64,000 bases of DNA from contig JANRJK010000005.1 in the NCBI GenBank assembly GCA_033764015.1, positions 17,659 through 81,658 of the forward strand. The letters run 5' to 3'. This DNA is from Candidatus Sumerlaeia bacterium (GTDB taxonomy: Bacteria > Sumerlaeota > Sumerlaeia > SLMS01 > JANRJK01). Shown here piece by piece: positions 1-9,853 of this stretch. Every line of letters starts with the position of its first letter. Position 1 is the stretch's first letter. Position numbers and translations under genes: made by a program. The notes under the pieces are model-generated. The model was not told where the DNA came from. It did no database searches and worked only from the letters and a program-made list of their open reading frames with translations.

Positions 1-580
1 CTGGGGGCTCGTGCTCGGCGCGGTGGGCGGCGTGCGGTGCTTCCGGTTCCGCCCGCTCGAAGCCGTCGAGAAGAAGCGCGAGCTTGGTCCCGCCTTCGCG
101 CTGGCCGGGACGCTGCGCCTGCTGCCGGAGCGAGTGGAGAAGGAGCGCGCCCTGGGCGAGCCGTTCCCGGGAGCGCCCGCTCCCCCGCCGGGGCCGGCGG
201 AAGCAGCCGCCGCATGGGCGACCTGGTTCGGAGACGGTTGGCGGGCTCGCTTCGGCCAGCCGCTCGCGCCGAACCTACGCGGCGTCCGCGAACTGGACCG
301 CTACCTCCGCACGCAGTACCTCCTGATGACGGCGCCGGACTCGGCGTTCGCCGGCGCGGGCTTCTTCCTCGGCGAGGTGGCCCGCGGGCTGTTCGGCGGC
401 GAGTGGCGCCCGTGGCCCGCGGAGGAGCCCTGGAAGGCGGCGCTCGCATGGCCCGAGTTGCCGTACTACCCCGCCGGACGGGTGTTCAAGATGCTCTCTG
501 AGTTGCCGGAGGCGGAGCCGCTGGACGAGTACGTGCGGCTGGTGCCGTCGGCCCGCAAGGAGCTGCGCGGGGGCCCATGA
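1..580 (+). CDS. hypothetical protein, 5'-truncated by the window edge
   Basis: Open frame with GC3-rich codon usage ending at TGA 578-580; protein-like C-terminus (GFFLGEVARGLFGGEW). Confidence 0.6.
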   Translation, partial: WGLVLGAVGGVRCFRFRPLEAVEKKRELGPAFALAGTLRLLPERVEKERALGEPFPGAPAPPPGPAEAAAAWATWFGDGWRARFGQPLAPNLRGVRELDRYLRTQYLLMTAPDSAFAGAGFFLGEVARGLFGGEWRPWPAEEPWKAALAWPELPYYPAGRVFKMLSELPEAEPLDEYVRLVPSARKELRGGP

Positions 581-644
581 AAGGTCCGGCGCGCCAGCCC
601 CGGGGGCCGGCGCGCCGGATGGGTCGCTGCCGGTGTGCGCGGCG

Positions 645-2147
645 CTACTTCGCGGGGAACACCTCGGGAAGCATCGAGCCGGTGCGCTTGAGGTTCAGGT
701 GCAGCTCGAAGGCGCGCTCGAGGATGTGCGGGATGTGGCCGCGCTCCGCCTCGCCGATGTACTTGTTCAGGTAGTCGCGGTACCCGGGATGGGCGCACTT
801 GTTGATGAGCGTGTGCGCGCGCTCCGTGGGGTCGAGGCCGCGCAGGTCGGCGATGCCCTGTTCCGTGATGACGACCTGGACCGAGTGCTCGTTGTGGTCC
901 ACGTGGGAGCACATCGGCACGAGCGTCGAGATGCGTCCGCCCTTCGCGGTCGAGGGGCACATGTAGATCGAGATGTAGGCGTTGCGCGTGAAGTCGCCGG
1001 AGCCGCCGATGCCGTTCATCATCTGCGAGCCGCAGACGTGCGTCGAGTTGATGTGGCCGTAGATGTCCACCTCGAGCGCGGTGTTCGTGGTGATGACGCC
1101 GAGGCGCCGGATCACGCCGGGGTTGTTGCTGATCTCCTGCGGGCGCAGGACGATGCGCGGCGCGTAGAAGTCCATGTTCTCGTAGACGCGCTTCATCATT
1201 GGCGGGGAAAGCGTGAGGCTGGTGGTCGAAGCGCCGATGAGCTTCCCGCGCTCCATGAGGGCGATGAGCGAGTCCTGGAACACTTCCGAGTACATGATGA
1301 AGGGGGGGATGTCGGGGCTTTCGCCGAGCGCGGACATGACGGCGTTGGCGATGTTGCCGACGCCGGACTGCATCGGAAGGAACTCGCGCGGGATGCGCCC
1401 GGATGTCATTTCGTCGAAGAGGAATTTGATGACGTTTTGGCCGATGGCGGTGCTGACGGGATCCGGCTCGTCGAAACCGCCGACATCGTCGGGCTCGTTC
1501 GTCTCGACCACGCCGATCACCTTGGCGGGATCGACCGTGGCGAAGTTGAAGCCGATGCGGTCGAGGGCGCCGTAAAGGGGGATCGGGCTGCGGTTCGGGG
1601 GCGCGGGCAGGAGGAAGATGTCGGACATCTCGCTCACGCGCGGCGCGTGGGCGCGGTTGATCTCGATGATGACCTTGTCCGCCTCGCGCAGGAACGTGGG
1701 CGACGCGCCGATGGAGCTGCTCAGGAACACGCGCCCGTCCGGCGTGATGTCGGTGGCCTCGATCACCGCGATGTCGATCTTGCCGAAGAAGCCCTCGGCG
1801 ACGACCTGCGGCAGGTGCGACAGGTGCATGTCGACGAACTTGACCTGCCCGGCGTTGAGCTGCTTCCGCAGCGTGGGGCTGGACTGGTAGGGCGCGCGCC
1901 AGGAGATCGCCTCCGCTTGCGCGAGCGCTTCGTCGAGGTCCTTGCCGGTGGAGGCGCCGGTCAGCACGCGGAGCTTGAAAGCGCGCTCGGCGGCGTGTTC
2001 CGCCTTCGCGCGGGTCGCGAGCGCCCGCGGGATCGCCTTCGCGGCGCCCGAGGGCGTGAAGCCGCTGAAGGCCACGAGCATGTCGTGCTTGATGTGCGCC
2101 GCGCCTTCCTCGGCGCTGATGATCGGATAGCGGTGAGCGTAAACCAT
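645..2147 (-). CDS. scpC: succinate:propionate/acetate CoA-transferase (acetyl-CoA hydrolase/transferase family)
   Basis: SGFTPSG, QSGVGNIANAV, YSEVFQD and NGIGGSGDF motifs; last gene of the mutase operon. Confidence 0.9.
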   Translation of the reverse strand: MVYAHRYPIISAEEGAAHIKHDMLVAFSGFTPSGAAKAIPRALATRAKAEHAAERAFKLRVLTGASTGKDLDEALAQAEAISWRAPYQSSPTLRKQLNAGQVKFVDMHLSHLPQVVAEGFFGKIDIAVIEATDITPDGRVFLSSSIGASPTFLREADKVIIEINRAHAPRVSEMSDIFLLPAPPNRSPIPLYGALDRIGFNFATVDPAKVIGVVETNEPDDVGGFDEPDPVSTAIGQNVIKFLFDEMTSGRIPREFLPMQSGVGNIANAVMSALGESPDIPPFIMYSEVFQDSLIALMERGKLIGASTTSLTLSPPMMKRVYENMDFYAPRIVLRPQEISNNPGVIRRLGVITTNTALEVDIYGHINSTHVCGSQMMNGIGGSGDFTRNAYISIYMCPSTAKGGRISTLVPMCSHVDHNEHSVQVVITEQGIADLRGLDPTERAHTLINKCAHPGYRDYLNKYIGEAERGHIPHILERAFELHLNLKRTGSMLPEVFPAK

Positions 2148-2180
2148 GTTTGGGTGGGTATGCCCTTGCGTGGAGTGTGG

Positions 2181-3611
2181 TTACTTTGCTGCGAACTGCG
2201 AGAGGAGGACGCCGGCCGCGACCGCGGAACCGATCACGCCGGCGACGTTCGGACCCATTGCCTGCATGAGGAGGAAGTTCTGCGGATCCTCCTCCTGCGC
2301 GACGCGCTGCACCACGCGCGCCGACATCGGAACCGCGGAGACCCCCGCCGCCCCGATCAGCGGATTGATCGGGTCCTTCGAGAACTTGTTCATCAGCTTT
2401 CCGAAGAGGACGCCGCCCGCGGTGGAAAGGCCGAATGCGAAGACGCCGAGCACGAAGATGCCCAGCGTTTCCGGCGTGAGGAAGTTGCTCGCCTGGGTCT
2501 TTGCGCCGACGGAGACGCCTAGCAGGATGGTCACGATATCGATGAAGGTCGTCTGCGCCGTACGGGACAGGCGTTCGGTCACGAGGCACTCCCGGAGCAG
2601 GTTGCCGAAGAACAGGAAACCGAGGAGTGGCAGCGCGCTGTTGGCGATGAAGGCCGTCAGCAGGAAGCCGAGCACCGGGAACAGGACCCGCAGCGTGCGC
2701 GACACATCCTTGGGCGGCTTCATCCGGATCAGCCTCTCCTCGCGCGTTGTGAGGAGGCGCATGATCGGCGGCTGGATCAACGGCACCATCGCCATGTAGC
2801 TGTACGCGGCGAGGGCGACAGCGCCCAAGAGATGCGGGGCGAGCTTGGTGCATGTGAAGATGGCGGTGGGACCATCGGCGCCGCCGATGATTCCGATCGA
2901 GGAAGCTTCCCGCATATCGAACCCGAGGAGTAGGGCGAGGCAGAGGGCGCCGAAGATGCCCAACTGCGCCGCGGCGCCCAGCAGAATCAGTCGAGGGCTC
3001 GCCAACAGCGGGCCGAAGTCCGTGAGGGCGCCTATCCCGAGGAAGATGAGGGGGGGGAAGACACCCCACTCGATCCCGCGGAAGATCATCCACATTACGC
3101 TCGCATTCCAGAGATTCTGCTGCTCGTGCGGAATGACGACCGGATACTTGTTTTCATCGTTTTCGAGGAGGATCAGCACGGCGCGGCCACCGCGGGGGTT
3201 CTCGTAGACCCCGGGCCCGCTGGTCGCCGCGTCGCCATGGTAGCCGAGGAATTGCTCGCGGTTCACCATGACCACCGTCCCCCGGCGCACCATGTCGCGG
3301 ACTTCCGGGGTTGGATCGAGCTTCGTCCATGGCTCGGCCAAGCCAGTCGACAGCTGGACCGGCTCCTTGGCGTAGTAATCGAGCACGTGTTCCGGAGCCG
3401 GGCCGTCGTAAACGCTAAGGCTCACATCCTTGAAACTGTACGGGATGTTCCCCAGCAGAATTCCGAACCCGATCGGCACAAGCAGCAAGGGTTCGAAGCC
3501 CTTCTTGATCGCCAGCCAGATGAAAAGCATGCCGATACAAAGCATGATCATGCTGCCCCAAGTCGCCTGGCCGAACCCGGAACTGTTGAGGAACTGAAGG
3601 AGTGATTCCAT
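2181..3611 (-). CDS. mmdB: Na+-translocating decarboxylase beta subunit
   Basis: FEPLLLVPIGFG, IGIIGGADGPTAIF, GAAGVSAVPMSARV and MGPNVAGVIGSA motifs. Confidence 0.93.
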   Translation of the reverse strand: MESLLQFLNSSGFGQATWGSMIMLCIGMLFIWLAIKKGFEPLLLVPIGFGILLGNIPYSFKDVSLSVYDGPAPEHVLDYYAKEPVQLSTGLAEPWTKLDPTPEVRDMVRRGTVVMVNREQFLGYHGDAATSGPGVYENPRGGRAVLILLENDENKYPVVIPHEQQNLWNASVMWMIFRGIEWGVFPPLIFLGIGALTDFGPLLASPRLILLGAAAQLGIFGALCLALLLGFDMREASSIGIIGGADGPTAIFTCTKLAPHLLGAVALAAYSYMAMVPLIQPPIMRLLTTREERLIRMKPPKDVSRTLRVLFPVLGFLLTAFIANSALPLLGFLFFGNLLRECLVTERLSRTAQTTFIDIVTILLGVSVGAKTQASNFLTPETLGIFVLGVFAFGLSTAGGVLFGKLMNKFSKDPINPLIGAAGVSAVPMSARVVQRVAQEEDPQNFLLMQAMGPNVAGVIGSAVAAGVLLSQFAAK

Positions 3612-3656
3612 CGCGTTTGCCGATCACATTCTTGCGGGCGCGCAGCCCGGAGTCGA

Positions 3657-4058
3657 TTACTGGTATTCGATCAGTGGTTGGCCGGACTGGACGCCGTCGC
3701 CCTCCTTCACGAAGACCGCCTTGATGACGCCGGCGTGCGGGGCGAAGATGGAAGTCTCCATCTTCATGGCTTCTAGGAGCATGATCTCGGTGCTTGGAGT
3801 CACGTTGTCCCCGGGCTTCACGCGGACGGCGCGGATCACACCGGCGAGCGGCGCTGGGAAGGTGTTGCCTCCGGCCGCGGCGGGGGCCGGAGCGGGGGCT
3901 GCGGCGGCAGGGGCGGAGGGAGCGGGTGCCGCTGACGGGCGCGGCGCGGCGGGCGCGGGAGCGGCATAGGCGGCCGGAGCGGCGTGGGCGCCCTCGTCGG
4001 AGAGAACCTCCACCTCGACCTCGAACGTCTTGTTGTCGACCGTGATGCGGAGCTTCAT
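3657..4058 (-). CDS. mmdC: biotin carboxyl carrier subunit
   Basis: Ala/Pro linker plus EAMKM biotinylation motif. Confidence 0.93.
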   Translation of the reverse strand: MKLRITVDNKTFEVEVEVLSDEGAHAAPAAYAAPAPAAPRPSAAPAPSAPAAAAPAPAPAAAGGNTFPAPLAGVIRAVRVKPGDNVTPSTEIMLLEAMKMETSIFAPHAGVIKAVFVKEGDGVQSGQPLIEYQ

Positions 4059-4471
4059 CGGGGTTCCCTCTGCGGGCGGTGGGATGTGTGGATCGCGCGG
4101 CGACCCGAGTCTGACCAGGCGTGCGCTGTGGTCGGATTCACGTAGGTGACTTTGCGTAGGCGGATAGGCGCGCCGACCGCGGCGGTGGCGGCGGCGATGA
4201 TGACGGCGATGAGTTCCGGCGACGGGCCATCGGCCTCCGCGGCCGCGGCGGGCGCGGCCGCGGCGGTCTCGGCCTTCTGGACGGCCGCCTTCGCGCCCTT
4301 CGCGACCGCATCCACCTTCTTCTCGATCCGGGTGAGGCGCCCGAGGATCTCGAGGCCGAACCAGATCAGCGAGAGCGCGGTGAAGACGATGCCCATTCCG
4401 AGGACGGTGAGCATGACGCCGTCCCAGACCGTGTTGCCGGGTGCCTGTGCGAGCAGTTTCAGGGGGTTCAT
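4055..4471 (-). CDS. mmdD: OadG/MmdD family decarboxylase gamma/delta subunit
   Basis: N-terminal TM (GMGIVF), VIIAAA segment, C-terminal W..SGR; position in the operon. Confidence 0.85.
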   Translation of the reverse strand: MNPLKLLAQAPGNTVWDGVMLTVLGMGIVFTALSLIWFGLEILGRLTRIEKKVDAVAKGAKAAVQKAETAAAAPAAAAEADGPSPELIAVIIAAATAAVGAPIRLRKVTYVNPTTAHAWSDSGRRAIHTSHRPQREPR

Positions 4472-4480
4472 CGAGTCGCC

Positions 4481-6055
4481 TTAGAGGGGGATCAGCCCGT
4501 GCTTCTTCTCGGGCCGGAGTTCGCGTTTCGTGCGCATCGCTTCGAGGGCCATGGCGAGGTAGCGCCGCGTCTCCGCGGGCTCGATGATATCGTCCACAAG
4601 GCGGCGGCTGGCGGCCATGTAGGGCGAGGAGAACGTGCGGCGGTACTCCTCGATCAACTCGTTGCGCTTCGCCTCCTTGTCCTCGGCCGCGTCGATCTCC
4701 TTCTTGAAGACGACGGCGACGGCGCCTTCCGCGCCCATCACGGCGACTTCCGCGCTGGGCCAGGCGGCCACGCGGTCGGCGCCGAGGTGCTTGGCCGACA
4801 TGGCGACGTAGGCGCCGCCGTAGGCCTTGCGGAGGATCACGGCGATCTTCGGCACCGTCGCGGCGGAGTAGGCGAAGAGCACCTTCGCGCCGTGGCGGAT
4901 GATGCCGCCGTACTCCTGCTTCGTCCCGGGCAGGAATCCCGGCACGTCCACCAGCGTCACCAGCGGCACGTTGAACGCGTTGCAGAAGCGGACGAAGCGG
5001 GCGATCTTGTCGGAGCTGTCGATATCGAGCACGCCCGCCAGCGCCATGGGCTGGTTCGCGACGAAGCCCACCGTGTGGCCCACGATGCGTCCGAAGCCGA
5101 TCACGGCGTTCGGCGCGAAGGTCTCCATGACTTCGAGGAAGCTGCCCTCGTCCGCCAGGCGGGTGATGATGTCCTTCACGTTGTAGCCGCGCTTCGCCTC
5201 GTCCGGGATGATCGAGTTGAGCTTTTCGTCGTACTCGACCATGCCGTCGTGCGGGAGCTGCGGGGGGTCTTCGTGGTTGTTCGACGGGAGGTAGGAGAGC
5301 AGTCGCTTGCAGATGTCGATCGCGTGCGTGTCGTCTTCGGCGATGAAGTGGATGTTGCCGGCGGTCTTCATCTGGACCTCGGGTCCGCCGAGCGCCTCGG
5401 CGGTGACGTTCTCGCCGGTGACCTGCTTGATGACGGCGGGCCCGGTGATGAACATCTGGGCCTGCTTGGTCTGGATGATGAAGTCGGTGAGCGCGGGGCT
5501 GTAGGCGGCGCCACCGGCGCAGGGCCCGCAGATCAGCGAGATCTGAGGCACGAGGCCCGAGAGCTCGACGTTCTTGTAGAAGATGCGGGCGTAGGCGGCG
5601 AGGGCGTCGATGCCCTCCTGGATGCGGGCGCCGCCGGAGTCGTTGACGAAGACGAACGGGGTGCCGGTCTTCTTGGAGAGGTCCATCATCTCGACGATCT
5701 TGTCGGCGTGGACCTCGCCGACGGCGCCGCCGACGACGGTGAAGTCCTGGCTGGCGAGGTGCACCTGGCGTCCGGCGACGGTGCCGCAGCCGGTGACGAC
5801 GCCGTCGGCGGGGAGGTCCTTGCCGCCCAGCCCGAAATGCGTCGCGCGGTGCTGCGCGAAGAGGTACTGCTCCTGGAAGCTTCCCTCGTCGAGGAGCGCG
5901 GCCAGGCGGTCGCGGGCGGTGAGCTTGCCGCCTTGGCGCTGCTTCTCGAGGCGGTCCTTGCCGCCGCCGAGGATCGCCGCCTCGCGGCGCTTGCGGAGCT
6001 CCTCGATCTTCTCGCGGTTTGTCATCACGTGTGTCGGGGCGGGCTTGTCAGCCAT
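4481..6055 (-). CDS. mmdA: methylmalonyl-CoA decarboxylase alpha (carboxyltransferase) subunit
   Basis: DSGGARIQEG, GPCAGGAAYSPALTDF, VDVPGFLPG and C-terminal KKHGLIPL; start placed at ATG 6055. Confidence 0.92.
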   Translation of the reverse strand: MADKPAPTHVMTNREKIEELRKRREAAILGGGKDRLEKQRQGGKLTARDRLAALLDEGSFQEQYLFAQHRATHFGLGGKDLPADGVVTGCGTVAGRQVHLASQDFTVVGGAVGEVHADKIVEMMDLSKKTGTPFVFVNDSGGARIQEGIDALAAYARIFYKNVELSGLVPQISLICGPCAGGAAYSPALTDFIIQTKQAQMFITGPAVIKQVTGENVTAEALGGPEVQMKTAGNIHFIAEDDTHAIDICKRLLSYLPSNNHEDPPQLPHDGMVEYDEKLNSIIPDEAKRGYNVKDIITRLADEGSFLEVMETFAPNAVIGFGRIVGHTVGFVANQPMALAGVLDIDSSDKIARFVRFCNAFNVPLVTLVDVPGFLPGTKQEYGGIIRHGAKVLFAYSAATVPKIAVILRKAYGGAYVAMSAKHLGADRVAAWPSAEVAVMGAEGAVAVVFKKEIDAAEDKEAKRNELIEEYRRTFSSPYMAASRRLVDDIIEPAETRRYLAMALEAMRTKRELRPEKKHGLIPL

Positions 6056-6102
6056 GGGTGTCCACTTGGTCCTCTCGGGGTTCTGGTTGGGCGGGGGGCC
6101 GC

Positions 6103-6513
6103 TCAGTGCATGGGCTCGCAAAGTTCCGTCAACACGCCGCAGGAGCTCTTCGGGTGCAGGAAGGCGATGCGGGTGTGGTGGGCGCCGTCGCGGGGCGCCT
6201 CGTCGATCAGGCGGACGCCGCCCGCCTTCAGCTCCGCGAGGCGCGCCGGGAGGTCGTCCACGGTGTAGGCGACGTGGTGCAGCCCCTCGCCGCGCTTCTC
6301 GATGAAGGCGGCGACGGTGCTTTCGGGCTCCGTCGGCTCGAGCAGCTCGAGGCGGACGTCGCCCACGCGGAAGAAGCCGACCTTCACCTTCTGATCCGCG
6401 ACGGTCTCCTCGCCTTCGAAGATGGCGCCCAGCTGGCCTTCGTAGAAGGGCCGCTGGTCGGCGATCGACTTCACGGCGATGCCGATGTGGTTGATGGCCT
6501 TCACTGCTTTCAT
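6103..6513 (-). CDS. mce: methylmalonyl-CoA epimerase
   Basis: NHIGIAV, GEGLHHVAY, FLHPK..GVLTEL; ATG 6513 overlaps the meaB stop. Confidence 0.93.
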   Translation of the reverse strand: MKAVKAINHIGIAVKSIADQRPFYEGQLGAIFEGEETVADQKVKVGFFRVGDVRLELLEPTEPESTVAAFIEKRGEGLHHVAYTVDDLPARLAELKAGGVRLIDEAPRDGAHHTRIAFLHPKSSCGVLTELCEPMH

Positions 6514-7643
6514 GGTGACTCCGGTTCTCCGTGGGATGGTGCCGCGCCGCCTTCCCGGGGCGCGGGATAAACGAGCGACAACAACTCTTCCGCCGCGGCG
6601 AGGGGCGAGGCGGCGCCGGCGCGGACTCGGGCGGAGAGCGCGTCGAAGCGCTCGGCCCTCGCGGCGTCGGCGCGGAATCGCGCCGCCAGCTCGTGCTCGA
6701 ACGCCTGCCGCATCCAGAGGGCGGCCTGCTCCGCGCGGCGCGGGGCGAGCTGGTGCGTGTCGAGCAGGTGGCGCTGGCGCTCCTCGACCATGCGCCACAC
6801 CTCGTCGAGGCCCGCGCCGGTGGCGGCGGAGCACGTGGCGGCGCGCGGACGCCAGCCGTCCGCCGGCGGGCGCATCAGGCGGAGCGCGCCCTCGACCTGC
6901 GCGCGGGCCACCTTCGCCGCCTCCAGGATCGGGCCGTCCGCCTTGTTCACGACGATGCCGTGGGCGACCTCCATGATGCCGCGCTTCATGCCCTGCAACT
7001 CGTCGCCGGCGCCAGGCATCGTCAGGAGGAGGAAGAAGTCCACCATCGAGGAGACGAGCGTCTCCGACTGGCCGACGCCGACGGTCTCGACGATGACGAC
7101 GTCGTAGCCCGCCGCCTCGAGGACGAGGATGGATTCGCGCGTGCCGCGGGCGACGCCGCCGAGCCAGCCGCCGGAGGGCGCCGGCCGCACCATCGCCGCG
7201 GGCGACATGGAGAGCCGCTCCATGCGCGTCTTGTCGCCGAGGATGCTGCCGCCCGTGGCGTCGCTGGAGGGATCGACCGCGACCACCGCGACGCGGCGTC
7301 CGGCCTCGACGAGCATCATACCGACGGCCTCGATGAATGTGCTCTTGCCGACGCCGGGCGTGCCGGTGACGCCGACGCGGAGCGAGGCGCCGGTGCGCGG
7401 CATGAGGGCGTCGAGCACCTCGCCCGCCTGGCGGCGGTGCGCGGGGCTGGCGCTCTCCATCAGCGTGAGCGTCCTGCCCAGGACCCCCCGGTCGCAGGCC
7501 AGCACACCATTGACATAGTCAACGGTTTCCAGCCGCGGGCGGCGCTTGACGGCGATCCTGCGCTCCGACGGCTCCGCGCCGGGGAGGACGCGGAGCGCGG
7601 AGCCGGGCACGCCGCCGGGGGGCGTCTCGGGCGCGGAGCGCAC
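6510..7643 (-). CDS. meaB: mutase-associated GTPase MeaB/ArgK
   Basis: GTPGVGKST, GGSILGDKTRM, ETVGVGQSE and NKAD motifs. Confidence 0.95.
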   Translation of the reverse strand: MRSAPETPPGGVPGSALRVLPGAEPSERRIAVKRRPRLETVDYVNGVLACDRGVLGRTLTLMESASPAHRRQAGEVLDALMPRTGASLRVGVTGTPGVGKSTFIEAVGMMLVEAGRRVAVVAVDPSSDATGGSILGDKTRMERLSMSPAAMVRPAPSGGWLGGVARGTRESILVLEAAGYDVVIVETVGVGQSETLVSSMVDFFLLLTMPGAGDELQGMKRGIMEVAHGIVVNKADGPILEAAKVARAQVEGALRLMRPPADGWRPRAATCSAATGAGLDEVWRMVEERQRHLLDTHQLAPRRAEQAALWMRQAFEHELAARFRADAARAERFDALSARVRAGAASPLAAAEELLSLVYPAPREGGAAPSHGEPESP

Positions 7644-9827
7644 TTAGGCGGTCTCGCCGATCTGCTCGAAGAGGAGCTTCAGGATCTTCTTCGCCGCTTC
7701 GGGGATGATGGTGCCGGGGCCGAAGACCGCCGCGCAGCCGTTGTCGAAGAGGAAGTCGAAGTCCTGCGCCGGGATCACGCCGCCGCAGACCACGAGGATG
7801 TCGTCGCGGCCCATCTCCGCCAGCTTCCCGACCAGCTCCGGCACGAGCGTCTTGTGCCCGGCCGCGAGCGAGGAGACGCCGACCACATGGACGTCGTTCT
7901 CGATGGCCTGGCGGGCCACCTCCTCGGGGGTCTGGAAGAGCGGGCCGATATCCACGTCGAAGCCCATGTCGGCGAACGCGGTGGCGATCACCTTGGCGCC
8001 GCGGTCGTGGCCGTCCTGGCCCAGCTTGGCGACTAGGAGCCGCGGGCGCCGGCCCTCGACCTCCATGAAGCGCTTCGTGAGGGCGATGCTGTCGTCCAGT
8101 GATTCCATGGCGCCCGCCTCCGCGCGGTACACGCCGCTGATCTTGTGGATCTGGGGCTGGTAGCGCCCGAAGACCTTCTCCATGGCGTCGGAGATCTCGC
8201 CGACGGTGGCGCGGCGGCGCACCGCCTCGACGGCCGCGTCGAGCAGGTTGCCGTCGCCGGTCTCCGCGATGCGGGTGATCGCGGCGAGCGCCTCCGCCAC
8301 GGCGGCCGAGTCGCGGCCCGCGCGGAGCTGCTCGAGCCGCTTGATCTGCGAGTCGCGCACCGCGGAGTTGTCGATATCGAGCGTCTCGAGCGGATCCTCC
8401 TTCGCGAGGCGGTACTTGTTCACGCCCACGATGGTGTCGCGGCCCGAGTCGATGCGGGCCTGCTTGCGGGCCGCCGCCTCCTCGATGCGCATCTTCGGGA
8501 TGCCGGTGTTGATGGCCTTGGCCATGCCGCCCAGCTCCTCGACCTCGTCCATGAGCGCGGATGCGCGCTTGAGCAGCTCCCCGGTGAGCGCCTCGATGTA
8601 GTAGGCGCCGCCCCAGGGATCGACCACCTTGCAGATGTTGGTTTCTTCCTGGAGGATGAGCTGCGTGTTGCGCGCGATGCGCGCGGAGAAGTCCGTCGGC
8701 AGCGCGATCGCCTCGTCGAGCGAGTTGGTGTGGAGCGATTGCGTGTGGCCAAGCGCGGCGGCGAGCGCTTCGAGCGCCGTGCGCGTGATGTTGTTGAAGG
8801 GGTCCTGCGCGGTGAGCGACCAGCCGCTGGTCTGGCTGTGCGTGCGGAGCGCCATGGACTTGGCGTTCTTGGCGCCGGACTTCTTCACGTGCTTGGCCCA
8901 GAGCACGCGCGCCGCGCGCATCTTCGCCACCTCCATGAAGTAGTTCATGCCGATGGCCCAGAAGAACGAGAAGCGCGGCGCGAAGTCGTCGACCGGAAGC
9001 CCGGCGCGCTCGCCGGCGCGGATGTACTCGAGGCCGTCCGCCAGCGTGTACGCCACCTCGAGGTCCGCCGTCGCGCCCGCCTCCTGCATGTGGTAGCCGG
9101 AGATCGAGATCGAGTTGAACTTCGGCATGTGCTTCGTCGTGTAGGCGAAGATGTCCGAGATGATCCGCATGGAGGGTTCCGGCGGATAGATGTACGTGTT
9201 GCGGACCATGAACTCCTTGAGGATGTCGTTCTGGATCGTGCCGGAGAGGAGTTCGCGCGGGACGCCCTGCTCCTCGGCGGCGACGATGTAGAGCGCCATG
9301 ATGGGGATCACGGCGCCGTTCATGGTCATCGAGACGGAGATCTTATCGAGCGGGATCGCATCGAAGAGGATCTTCATGTCGAGGATCGAATCGATGGCGA
9401 CGCCCGCCTTGCCGACGTCGCCGCGCACGCGCGGGTGGTCGCTGTCGTAGCCGCGGTGCGTCGCGAGGTCGAAGGCGATGGAAAGGCCCTTCTGCCCCGC
9501 GGCGAGGTTGCGCTTGTAGAAGGCGTTGGACTCCTCGGCGGTCGAGAAGCCGGCGTACTGCCGCACCGTCCAGGGGCGCAGAGAATACATGGTGGCGTAG
9601 GGGCCGCGCAGGAAGGGGGGGATGCCCGCGGAGTAGCCCGTGTGCTCGAGGCCCTGCAGGTCCGCCTCCGTGTACAGGGGCTTCACGGTGATGTGCTCCG
9701 GCGTCTCCCATTCGCGGTAGGCGGCGGTGGTGCGGCGCTCCCATTGCTGGAGCGTGGGCTTTTCGAACTCGTCGAAGCCGTACGGGATCTTGGTGAAGTC
9801 GGGCATCGTCGTGGGCATCTCTGGCAT
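7644..9827 (-). CDS. mutB: methylmalonyl-CoA mutase, large (B12-binding) subunit
   Basis: [22 protein letters not shown] and [11 protein letters not shown] (DxHxxG); start is one of ATG 9827/9818/9806, not 11756. Confidence 0.95.
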   Translation of the reverse strand: MPEMPTTMPDFTKIPYGFDEFEKPTLQQWERRTTAAYREWETPEHITVKPLYTEADLQGLEHTGYSAGIPPFLRGPYATMYSLRPWTVRQYAGFSTAEESNAFYKRNLAAGQKGLSIAFDLATHRGYDSDHPRVRGDVGKAGVAIDSILDMKILFDAIPLDKISVSMTMNGAVIPIMALYIVAAEEQGVPRELLSGTIQNDILKEFMVRNTYIYPPEPSMRIISDIFAYTTKHMPKFNSISISGYHMQEAGATADLEVAYTLADGLEYIRAGERAGLPVDDFAPRFSFFWAIGMNYFMEVAKMRAARVLWAKHVKKSGAKNAKSMALRTHSQTSGWSLTAQDPFNNITRTALEALAAALGHTQSLHTNSLDEAIALPTDFSARIARNTQLILQEETNICKVVDPWGGAYYIEALTGELLKRASALMDEVEELGGMAKAINTGIPKMRIEEAAARKQARIDSGRDTIVGVNKYRLAKEDPLETLDIDNSAVRDSQIKRLEQLRAGRDSAAVAEALAAITRIAETGDGNLLDAAVEAVRRRATVGEISDAMEKVFGRYQPQIHKISGVYRAEAGAMESLDDSIALTKRFMEVEGRRPRLLVAKLGQDGHDRGAKVIATAFADMGFDVDIGPLFQTPEEVARQAIENDVHVVGVSSLAAGHKTLVPELVGKLAEMGRDDILVVCGGVIPAQDFDFLFDNGCAAVFGPGTIIPEAAKKILKLLFEQIGETA

Positions 9828-9853
9828 CCGTCGGGAGGGGTTGGCGTTGCGTG

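Noticed and set aside
565..580. C-terminal LRGGP of the first ORF as an arrest motif
   Set aside because: Not RAPP/RGPP, and the next gene is convergent so there is nothing to regulate
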